From Fimbriimonadia bacterium (lineage in GTDB: Bacteria > Armatimonadota > Fimbriimonadia > Fimbriimonadales > JABRVX01), in the NCBI GenBank assembly GCA_041483895.1, contig JBGPGO010000008.1:64001-128000 (forward strand): a DNA stretch of 64,000 nt, in the 5' to 3' direction. Below the pieces are notes generated by a model, which saw only the letters and a program-made list of their open reading frames with translations, ran no database searches and was not told the origin of the DNA. Positions 49,918 through 58,442 of this stretch are shown here, piece after piece. Made by a program: the position numbers and the translations under genes. Numbering within the stretch: position 1 is the first letter of the stretch; each line of letters begins with the position of its first letter.

Positions 49918-50080
49918 CAGAACCGACAAAACAACACTCATCGACACAGCATAGCCGAAGGGAAAACGGCGCCTTAGGGACTTGGCGCCATCGGAAGGTG
50001 ACGGGCGAGCGAAGGCGCTCGCCCGGCAACCCTTCGCGTACGGCCATTAAAACTATGGCCGAGCTTTCGCTCGGCCGAAA
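49918..50080 (+). ncRNA. Candidate structured small RNA
   Basis: A/C-rich 5' part followed by consecutive hairpins, three with GGA in the loop; no credible ORF; lies between convergent genes. Confidence 0.4.
50056..50075 (-). terminator. Probable intrinsic terminator of the PEP-CTERM gene (possibly bidirectional)
   Basis: Minus strand GGCCGAGC-GAAA-GCTCGGCC followed by ATAGTTTT. Confidence 0.55.
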
Positions 50081-50114
50081 TTACTGCAATTTGGACACGA
50101 TTATCAATATGCCG

Positions 50115-50804
50115 TTAGGAGGATCTCCTGCCGCGCCGCAATCCCAGCGCGGCGAGAGTTAAGAATGCGGTTCCAAGACCGGCTATCTGACCCGGCTCCG
50201 GAACGAAGGACAGTTCCTTCTCGATATGGGCGAGGGAGGCGATGGCCGAAGAATCGATCTGGGTTCGCCCGGCCTCGTCGACGTACGTCACACCGTCGAG
50301 AATGTAGGTCTCTTTAATTCGAATGGCATAGGTCGTCGCGAAAATATAGTGTCGACTGCTCGGCTGGCTAAACTCGACGCCGGAATCCGAAACCAAAACC
50401 GTGGGGTTGTTCGGATTGCTGATGTCCTTGACCAACTCGCTCCAGGCAATGAACGGGTTTTTGGCGAACTGGCCCTTTACGATATTTCCGATCAGATCCA
50501 CAGTGAGGTCATGGATGGCCGGACCGCGCTTGTCGGCGCGTACTTCGTACTCAATGATGAGCGAGCCAATGGCCTGGCCGCTGCCGTCTCCGACAGTGGC
50601 GTTCGGAAAAATGAAATCTGCAGTTACGTTGACGACCCTATCATTACCAAAGGGTATCGTTCCGGAAATGATAGCGGAACCGCCGCTACTGAGGGAGCCG
50701 TCCAAGATAATCTGCTTCCAGTCGGCAATAAAATCAGTGGCATGCGCAGTAGCGCAAACCATCAACAGACCAATTATGGCCTGAAGGGTAATACACCTTC
50801 TCAT
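50115..50804 (-). CDS. PEP-CTERM sorting domain protein
   Basis: Signal peptide; VPEPGQIAGLGTAFLTLAALGLRRGRR. Confidence 0.85.
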   Translation of the reverse strand: MRRCITLQAIIGLLMVCATAHATDFIADWKQIILDGSLSSGGSAIISGTIPFGNDRVVNVTADFIFPNATVGDGSGQAIGSLIIEYEVRADKRGPAIHDLTVDLIGNIVKGQFAKNPFIAWSELVKDISNPNNPTVLVSDSGVEFSQPSSRHYIFATTYAIRIKETYILDGVTYVDEAGRTQIDSSAIASLAHIEKELSFVPEPGQIAGLGTAFLTLAALGLRRGRRSS

Positions 50805-51017
50805 CCAGGTTCTCCTTCAAGTTCCGACGCTACAATTAGCACCGGGGGGCAATACAAGCCAAAAATTTCGTGGCCTTAGGCCATCAATGCTTCCGTTCTC
50901 TAGGAACGGCTTCTACCTTGCTGGAAACATTCTCCATCATAAACGGTGAGATGTCAAGGGCAACCGGCCAAAAAAGTCCGAAAGTTTTCCGCTTACTTGC
51001 ACAAATACCGGAGTCGT

Positions 51018-53108
51018 TTAGAGGTTGGCTTTCAGAAAGCGGGCGAACTCTCGGTAGATATAGGTGCGCTCTTTGGTCGGACCGTGTTTCATTCCCGGAT
51101 AGAACATCACTTGGAAGCTCTTTTGCGCCTTTTGGAGGGCCTCAACCAAGCGGACAGAATTCTGAAAATGGACGTTGTCGTCGGCAAGCCCATGCACGAT
51201 CAGCATCGCCGCCTGCAGCTTGTGGGCGTGGGTGAAGGGGGCTCCCTCCCGGTAGCCGTCTGGGTTTTCCGCTGGGGTCCGCATGTACCGCTCCGTGTAA
51301 ATCGTGTCGTACAGCTCGTAGTGGGTGACCGGCGCCCCCGACATACAGACCTTGAACGTGTCTCCGCCCAAAAACGCCGTGAGAGACGAGAGGTATCCAC
51401 CGTAGCTCCATCCCCATATTCCAATCCGCTTGCCGTCTACGTAGGATTGCCGAGCCAACCACCGCGCACCCTCGATTTGGTCGTGCGCTTCCCATTTCCC
51501 GAGGTTCAGGTAAGTAATCTTCTCGAATTTCGTTCCCTGACCGCCGGAGCCGCGTCCGTCAACCATGAAGATGATGATCCCCTTTGACGCCAGATGCTGG
51601 GAGAGCCACTCGTCGCCCCAGCGGTTCATCACAACCTGGGAACCCGGCCCGCCGTATGTGTGCATGAGCACGGGATAGCGCTTTGCCGCATCGAAACCAA
51701 CGGGCTTCAGCATTCTTGCGTGCAGCTTCTGCCCATCTCTGGTCTTTATTGTCAGAAGCTTCCATCGGGCAATCTCGTATCCCGTGGTGGCTGGGATTGT
51801 GGGTTCGATCAGGGTAGCGACCTTTCCACCGCCAACAGCGAAAACCGACGTTTCGGAGGGCGTGTTCAAGTCGCTGTGCACGTCCAAATAGTGGCTCGGC
51901 GACGGAGTGGCCTCGTGGTGTCCTTCCCCGCGGGTGAGCCGCTGCAGTGTTCCACCGTCGAGGGGAACGGCTACCAGGTTGCGTTCCGTCGGCGATGGGA
52001 TCGAAGCCGTGGCGTAAGCGGTCCCATCGCTAACCAAATGAATCTTCTGAATATCAAAGTCGCCTTTGGTGAGCCTGCTCTCGTTCTTCCCGCTCTTGTC
52101 ATACCGATAGATATGCCGGCGCCCATCGCGGCTGCTGAGCCAAAGAAATCCGTCGGCGGTGAACTGAATATCGCCTTGCGGATCGACCCAACGATCATCC
52201 GTGTCGGTTAGAATCACTCGGCACTTGCCGGTATTTGGGTCGGCGGTCAGCAGGTCGATCCGGTTCTGCAGTCGCGGCATTCTCTGAATAAGTAGCTTGC
52301 CGGTGGGAGACCACTGCATCCGGGCCAGATAACCGTCCGCCTCATGCCTCGTTTGCATTTCCACCCGTTTGCGCGTCGCCAGTTTGAGGACATGGATGGA
52401 TACGATCGGGTTGGGATCGCCGGCCTTTGGATATCGCGTCTTCCGATACGTCGGGTGCTGCCCGGAGTAGTCGGTGATGATGTATTCGGGGACGCGCCGC
52501 TCATCTACCAGGAAAAAGGCGATACGCTTGCCGTCCGGAGACCAGGCCCAACCGTCCACGAGGCCCAGCTCCTCCTCGTACACCCACCCGAATCTTCCAA
52601 CGTACACCTGCGGCTTTGCCAGCCGGGTCAGCCTCCGTTCCTTCCCAGATTGCAGGTCCAATGTCCACAGATCGTCGTCCCGGACGAATCCAAGAAGCCT
52701 GCCGTCCGGTGAAAACTTGGCGTTTCTCTGGACGCCTGAATGCCGAGTGAGCCTCCGCATCTTTCGCGTTGCCATTGAATATAGAAAATAATCTCCCTGG
52801 CCGGAAAATCGTGTCGGAGGATCGGAGTGAAATAGGAGATGCTTCTCATCCGGCGACCAGCAATAGTTCGTGATCCCGGGCTTGCGGCCCTTGCTAATAC
52901 GAATACCGGCGCCGGAAACGGCGATCGCGCTTTTGCCCGTCCCGGCATCGAACATCCAGAGGGATTTGAACTCCACCCCGTCCACTTCCAATAGATAGCT
53001 CAGCCGCTTGCCGTCTTTCAGCCATTGCGGGGAAACGATGGCCCGGTGCTTGAATTTCTCGTTCAAGTAGGCGTCTTCGAGGGTGATCGGCCTCCGTCGT
53101 TTGCTCAT
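51018..53108 (-). CDS. Dipeptidyl-peptidase IV (S9B)
   Basis: GWVYEEE, YPKAGDPNP, GWSYGG, DDNVH; no obvious signal peptide. Confidence 0.92.
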   Translation of the reverse strand: MSKRRRPITLEDAYLNEKFKHRAIVSPQWLKDGKRLSYLLEVDGVEFKSLWMFDAGTGKSAIAVSGAGIRISKGRKPGITNYCWSPDEKHLLFHSDPPTRFSGQGDYFLYSMATRKMRRLTRHSGVQRNAKFSPDGRLLGFVRDDDLWTLDLQSGKERRLTRLAKPQVYVGRFGWVYEEELGLVDGWAWSPDGKRIAFFLVDERRVPEYIITDYSGQHPTYRKTRYPKAGDPNPIVSIHVLKLATRKRVEMQTRHEADGYLARMQWSPTGKLLIQRMPRLQNRIDLLTADPNTGKCRVILTDTDDRWVDPQGDIQFTADGFLWLSSRDGRRHIYRYDKSGKNESRLTKGDFDIQKIHLVSDGTAYATASIPSPTERNLVAVPLDGGTLQRLTRGEGHHEATPSPSHYLDVHSDLNTPSETSVFAVGGGKVATLIEPTIPATTGYEIARWKLLTIKTRDGQKLHARMLKPVGFDAAKRYPVLMHTYGGPGSQVVMNRWGDEWLSQHLASKGIIIFMVDGRGSGGQGTKFEKITYLNLGKWEAHDQIEGARWLARQSYVDGKRIGIWGWSYGGYLSSLTAFLGGDTFKVCMSGAPVTHYELYDTIYTERYMRTPAENPDGYREGAPFTHAHKLQAAMLIVHGLADDNVHFQNSVRLVEALQKAQKSFQVMFYPGMKHGPTKERTYIYREFARFLKANL

Positions 53109-53257
53109 CCCCCATAGGTTCGCCGCAAGTTCGAAACTCCTTGCCCTTCTTTGCGACCCCTTGCCAGTCATTGCCGATACTGATATACTGTCATATCGTC
53201 ATCGGGCGCGACCTCGGTGGAGCGGGGTTGCACCGTTGCTACCTAGTGAGGTGAACA

Positions 53258-53980
53258 ATGGCGGAACCCATTCGTCAGTCGGACATCGCCGAGGCTGATG
53301 CCGAACAGGGCTTTTATTGGCTTGGCGGCTTTCTGCTCGTTCTCGTGCTGGGCTTCCTTCTCTACAAGTACGGCAGCCAGAATCCCGGCGGGATTGTCCT
53401 CATGGCTCTGTCTCCCATCGGGCTCGTGATGGGGATTCGCAAGTTTTATTCGGCGAAACATGTACCCGGCGTATCGGTGGAGTGCCCGTACTGTCGCGGA
53501 CACTCGAACTTTCTCGATGCGCCGAAGACGGATTTCACGTGCGCGGCCTGTCATCGCCGCGTCGCGGTGGATAATGGCCGCATTCTTGACACGATCGAGG
53601 TCAAGTGCGGCTTTTGCGGGACATTGCAGAAGTTTTCGGAACGAACGGAGGTCGCGCTCTGCGAGGAGTGCGACCGGGAGATCCCATTGGCAACGTCGCC
53701 GACGGGGGAGATGCGCCACCTCGCAAAAGGCCTGGCGCTGGATGACGATGCGCGTCCCTACGATCTGATCCTACGCGCGACCGGCACCCGGCCGGACGAG
53801 ACGATTGCCGCCCTGCAGCACATCCTGGCGCTAAACCGCATCCAGGTGAAGGAGATATTGGAGAGGCTGCCTGCCACGCTGCTCACCGGGATCCCAAAAC
53901 GAAAGGCGCAGATGCTGCAGGAGGATTTGCGGAAAGTTGGGGCGCGGACGGAAATGATCCTGACGGGTGGAACGGCCTGA
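53258..53980 (+). CDS. Membrane protein with double zinc ribbon and C-terminal L7/L12-like domain
   Basis: Two TM segments; four CxxC; VKEILERLPATL...LRKVGA. Confidence 0.6.
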   Translation: MAEPIRQSDIAEADAEQGFYWLGGFLLVLVLGFLLYKYGSQNPGGIVLMALSPIGLVMGIRKFYSAKHVPGVSVECPYCRGHSNFLDAPKTDFTCAACHRRVAVDNGRILDTIEVKCGFCGTLQKFSERTEVALCEECDREIPLATSPTGEMRHLAKGLALDDDARPYDLILRATGTRPDETIAALQHILALNRIQVKEILERLPATLLTGIPKRKAQMLQEDLRKVGARTEMILTGGTA

Positions 53981-54022
53981 ACGCTCGGCCCGTTCCCGCT
54001 AGGTGGCTGGTAGAATGCCCCC

Positions 54023-55036
54023 ATGCCGGTCATCGTCGCCGAACATCTATGCAAGAACTACGTCTCCCATAAAAAGGAGCCGGGGGTTCTTGGCGCGCTG
54101 CGAAGCCTCGTCACTCGTGAAAAGACGGAAGTGCGGGCGGTGGACGATGTCAACTTCACCATAGAAGAGGGCGAGCTGGTTGGGTTCCTCGGCCCGAACG
54201 GAGCGGGGAAGACCACAACGCTGAAGATGCTGACCGGAATTCTCTTTCCGACCAGCGGGCATGCGAGCGTCCTTGGCTATACCCCGTGGGAGCGAAGGGT
54301 CCCGATGCAGCGGCAGATCGCGCTGGTGATGGGGCAGAAGATGAATCTTTGGTGGGACCTGCCGGCATTCGACAGCTTCATCCTGTTCCGGGAGCTGTAC
54401 GAGGTGCCGCACGACGAGTTCAGGAAGCGGCTGGACTACCTTGCGGAGTCGCTCGCTGTGACCGACAAGCTTCACGTCCAGGTACGAAAGCTGTCCCTTG
54501 GAGAGCGCATGAAGTGCGAGCTGATCGCCGCACTGCTCCATAACCCCAGAGTTCTGTTTCTCGACGAGCCCACGATCGGCCTCGACCTCGTATCACAGAA
54601 GCGCATTCGTGAGTTTCTGCTGGACCTGAATCGGCGGGATCGCTGCACCATCCTGCTGACAAGCCACTACATGCAGGATGTGCAGGCCCTTTGCGAGCGT
54701 GTGCTGATCATCGATCGCGGCAAGCTGCTATACGATGACCACCTGTCGAAGCTCGCAAGAATGCACGGGGGCAGCCGGGTCCTGCGACTGCAATTCGAGA
54801 CGCCGGTAGATCGCGGCGACCTGGAGCGCTTCGGCCGGGTGCTGCAGTTCGATGATCTCTCGGCGGAGCTGGAAGTCTCCCGCGACCAGACCAGCCATGT
54901 GGCGGCGGGAGTTTTGGAGGCATTTCCGGTAGCGGACATCACGATTGGCGAGCCGCCCATCGAAGACGTCATCAGCGAGATATTTAGCGGCGGCAAAGTG
55001 CCAATCGCTGAGCCGTCGGCCCAACCGTTGCCATGA
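54023..55036 (+). CDS. ABC transporter ATP-binding protein
   Basis: GPNGAGKTT, LSLGERMK, LFLDEPT. Confidence 0.93.
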   Translation: MPVIVAEHLCKNYVSHKKEPGVLGALRSLVTREKTEVRAVDDVNFTIEEGELVGFLGPNGAGKTTTLKMLTGILFPTSGHASVLGYTPWERRVPMQRQIALVMGQKMNLWWDLPAFDSFILFRELYEVPHDEFRKRLDYLAESLAVTDKLHVQVRKLSLGERMKCELIAALLHNPRVLFLDEPTIGLDLVSQKRIREFLLDLNRRDRCTILLTSHYMQDVQALCERVLIIDRGKLLYDDHLSKLARMHGGSRVLRLQFETPVDRGDLERFGRVLQFDDLSAELEVSRDQTSHVAAGVLEAFPVADITIGEPPIEDVISEIFSGGKVPIAEPSAQPLP

Positions 55037-56178
55037 GCGCGAAGGACGAGATCCATATCATTGGCGCCGGGCCGGCGGGTCTGTCCGCTGCCATCTACCT
55101 GGCAAAACGCGGCAGAGCGGTGCACGTCCATGAAAAGCGTTCGGCCCCCGGCCTCCGCCATCACGGCTTCCAGGGGATGGAAAACTGGAGCGGGAAACTG
55201 CAGGTCCCGGAAGCTCTCCGATCGATGGAAATAGAACCCGACTTTCTCTTGCGGCCCGTGCGCGAAGTGACCTACATTGGGCCGGAGCGCAATCAGCATC
55301 TGGTCAAGTCCCCCGATCCGATCTTCTATCTCGTCCGGCGGGGAGATGAGGAGGATTCGCTCGATCGGGCTCTGGTCCGGCAGGCGACGGCATGCGGCGC
55401 GAAGATTACGTTCAACGATCCGGTCGAAATCCCTCCGCCCGGTTCTATCGTCGGCATCGGTCCCACGTACGCCACGGCGATTGCGAAGGGGATCGTATTT
55501 CGCACAGACATGCCGGATGCGTTTCTCTGCATTGTCGATCCCATGCTTGCACCGAAGGCCTATGCCTATCTGCTGGCGTGCGGTGGATCGGCGACGCTGG
55601 CGGTCATGTTGACGGAAGAATTCAAGACGGTTAGTAGCTGCCTGCAGCGGGCGATAGACGAGTTTCAACAACTTCGTCCGTTCTCTATGGAGGATGTAGA
55701 GGAGTTTGGCGGCGCGGGAAACATTCATTTCACTGAGGCGCGAATGGTGGAAGGCCGGTATATCGTCGGCGAATGTGTGGGCGCCCAGGATGCCTTGTGG
55801 GGATTCGGGATAACCTACGCCCTGCGCTCGGGCCGGCTCGCCGCCCAATGCCTGCATGAGGGTACGAACTACGACAGGCGATTTCGCAAGGAATTGCTGC
55901 CCGCCATTCGCAAATTGCTGGTCAGCCGATGGCTCTACGAGCGGGTTCCACCAAGCGCATACGAACGATATCTGACCAAGTTCTCCGCCGCCCCCGACGC
56001 GCGCATCATGCTTCGCGATACCTATGGCAAGGCGTCGTTTCTGAACATACTGTATCCGATTGCCAAGAGAAAATACTGCCGGGACATCGGCGACAGGAGG
56101 CGCCACAAAGAGGACTGCCAGTGCGTCTGGTGCCGATTGGAGGCCGGGGAATTTGCCTCCGGCGAGTTATTCCCGTAA
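55033..56178 (+). CDS. FAD-dependent oxidoreductase (geranylgeranyl reductase-like)
   Basis: IIGAGPAGL; VGECVGAQDALWGFGI; C-terminal CQCVWC. Confidence 0.8.
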   Translation: MSAKDEIHIIGAGPAGLSAAIYLAKRGRAVHVHEKRSAPGLRHHGFQGMENWSGKLQVPEALRSMEIEPDFLLRPVREVTYIGPERNQHLVKSPDPIFYLVRRGDEEDSLDRALVRQATACGAKITFNDPVEIPPPGSIVGIGPTYATAIAKGIVFRTDMPDAFLCIVDPMLAPKAYAYLLACGGSATLAVMLTEEFKTVSSCLQRAIDEFQQLRPFSMEDVEEFGGAGNIHFTEARMVEGRYIVGECVGAQDALWGFGITYALRSGRLAAQCLHEGTNYDRRFRKELLPAIRKLLVSRWLYERVPPSAYERYLTKFSAAPDARIMLRDTYGKASFLNILYPIAKRKYCRDIGDRRRHKEDCQCVWCRLEAGEFASGELFP

Positions 56179-56252
56179 CGCTCGGGTTATGCATTCGGGC
56201 ACAATCCTGGTAGGCTTAAGCCCATCTCCCCTAGGAAAGGCACCATTGGACC

Positions 56253-57281
56253 GTGATTGTCGCCCTGTCTCACGCTGCAACTGAGGAACAGATTCGCACT
56301 ATTGAAAAGCGAATCGCCAAAGAAAATCTTAAGGTCGTCCGCATGCCTGGCGATGACCGCGTCGTCATCGGCATCATCAGCTCAATTCCGGCCGATACAC
56401 GATACGACCTGGCGGACTCTCTCGATCGAATGGAGGGCGTGGATCATATCACCCACGTCAGCCGGCCATATAAGCTGGCAAGCCGAGAGTTTCACGCGCA
56501 CGACACGGTGGTCCAAGTGGGCGACTGCGCGTTCGGAGGGAAGGCGGTCGTCGTCATTGCCGGTCCTTGTTCCATCGAAAGCGAAGAGCAGATGCTGGAA
56601 TGCGCCAACGGGTCGAAGGCCGCGGGAGCGACAATGCTGCGTGGCGGAGCGTTCAAGCCCCGGTCCTCTCCCTACGCATTTCAGGGCCTCGCGAAACAGG
56701 GCCTGGAGATCATGCGGGATGTGGGTAAGCAGGTTGGGCTGAAGACGGTTTCCGAAGTGATGTCGCCGCAGGATGTTGGCCTAGTCGCCGACCATGTGGA
56801 CATGCTGCAGATCGGCGCTCGCAGCATGCAGAACTTCCCCCTGCTTGTCGAAGCGGGAAATTCGGGCCATCCGATTCTTTTGAAACGCGGGCCGAGCGCG
56901 ACCGTAGACGAATTTCTGCTCGCCGCGGAATACCTGCTGTCTCGATCGGACAATGATGTGGTGCTATGCGAGCGCGGCGTGCATCCGCTCGACAGAACCT
57001 ATACGCGAAATACGTTGGACCTTAGCATCGTGCCCGTGCTGAAGGAGATTTCGCATCTGCCGGTCGTGGTCGATCCAAGCCACGGGACCGGGCATGCCAA
57101 GTACGTGCCTTCGATGGCGCTAGCGGCTGTGGCGTGCGGGGCGGACGGTCTCATTGTGGAGATGCATCCCAACCCGTCACAGGCGATGTCCGATGCCGCC
57201 CAGGCGCTCCTCCCCGACGCGCTGTGCAAGATGGTTGAGGATTGCCGCAAGGTTGCGGAGGCGGTAGGCAGGTCGATTTAG
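56253..57281 (+). CDS. aroF: DAHP synthase type I-beta with N-terminal regulatory domain
   Basis: IAGPCSIE, RGGAFKPRSSPY, QIGARSMQN, DPSHGTG. Confidence 0.93.
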   Translation: MIVALSHAATEEQIRTIEKRIAKENLKVVRMPGDDRVVIGIISSIPADTRYDLADSLDRMEGVDHITHVSRPYKLASREFHAHDTVVQVGDCAFGGKAVVVIAGPCSIESEEQMLECANGSKAAGATMLRGGAFKPRSSPYAFQGLAKQGLEIMRDVGKQVGLKTVSEVMSPQDVGLVADHVDMLQIGARSMQNFPLLVEAGNSGHPILLKRGPSATVDEFLLAAEYLLSRSDNDVVLCERGVHPLDRTYTRNTLDLSIVPVLKEISHLPVVVDPSHGTGHAKYVPSMALAAVACGADGLIVEMHPNPSQAMSDAAQALLPDALCKMVEDCRKVAEAVGRSI

Positions 57282-58420
57282 GGCGGAATCGGCGCCAGGC
57301 CCTCAATATACACGACGGCTTCGAACAGCGCCTCATATCGGTCGATCATCAGTTGCTTCGTGAACAACTTTTCGACCCGCTCCCGGCCGGCCTCCCCCAT
57401 TTCCGCGCAAAGCTCCGTATTGTTCAGCAGGTGCTCCACATTCTCCGCCATCATTTCCGGTTGGCCCGCCGGCGAGATGGCGCCGTGCACATCGGTCTGC
57501 AAAATGTCCCGGACGCTGCCCACGTCGGTCGTGCAGACGGGTATGCCGGATGCCATCCCTTCGAGCAAAACTTGCGGGAAAGTTTCTACCACGGGGCGAG
57601 ACGTGAGGACCAAAACATCGAAAGCCCTTACCACCTTGTCGACATCGTTTCGAGGGCCTAGGAACACGACCGTACCGGCCACCCCACGATCCTTGGCAAT
57701 GCGTTGCAACGTCTCTCGGCGGTCCCCATCGCCCACGATGACGAATCGCGCGTTTGGCAGCCTTTTCTTGAGCAGAACCGCCATATCGATGAAAAACTCG
57801 TGGTTCTTTTCCTTGCGCAACGCGCCCACGATGCCGACGAGCTGAAGATAGGATGCGAAGCCGAGTCGTTCTTTGTCCGCAGGCTTATCCACAGCGGGAG
57901 TAAATCGATGCGTGTCGATACCGACCGGGATCACCGCGAATCGATCCGGTGTGATTCGCTCGTGCCGAGACAGGTATCCACGGTGGGTTTCTGAGAGGGC
58001 GACGAAGCGGTCGGCGACGGGGAGTGCGACGCGCTTCGAGACAAAATACCGGCCCAGCCGTTCATGCTGACCCATCGAGTGGTATCCGACGATGAGCCGT
58101 TTCAGGTGGCCGGTCCGTTTCATGATGCCCGCCCAAAAGAGGGGCAGGGGGCTGTCCGTCACGTACAGCACGTCGGTCTGGAGCCGCATGATCAGCTCCC
58201 GAAGATTGAAATAGGTCCACAAGCTAAAGCGGTTCGGGCCGAGGCGTTGGTAGAACTCCGCCCCCTGCTCGATCATCTGCTCTCCAACCGGCCCGGGACC
58301 GTATAAGGTTGCGACGGACGGCAGGAAACGGCCCCGGTCGAGGCCGTTGTGGACCGTCTGGACCAGCCTATCCTCTCCGCCATGCAAGAGCTGCGCGTGC
58401 AGGAACAGCAATCGAATCAT
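57278..58420 (-). CDS. GT4 glycosyltransferase
   Basis: GALRKEKNH, ETFPQVLLEGMASG. Confidence 0.9.
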   Translation of the reverse strand: MIRLLFLHAQLLHGGEDRLVQTVHNGLDRGRFLPSVATLYGPGPVGEQMIEQGAEFYQRLGPNRFSLWTYFNLRELIMRLQTDVLYVTDSPLPLFWAGIMKRTGHLKRLIVGYHSMGQHERLGRYFVSKRVALPVADRFVALSETHRGYLSRHERITPDRFAVIPVGIDTHRFTPAVDKPADKERLGFASYLQLVGIVGALRKEKNHEFFIDMAVLLKKRLPNARFVIVGDGDRRETLQRIAKDRGVAGTVVFLGPRNDVDKVVRAFDVLVLTSRPVVETFPQVLLEGMASGIPVCTTDVGSVRDILQTDVHGAISPAGQPEMMAENVEHLLNNTELCAEMGEAGRERVEKLFTKQLMIDRYEALFEAVVYIEGLAPIPP

Positions 58421-58442
58421 TCGATAGTATTATGGCCGACCG

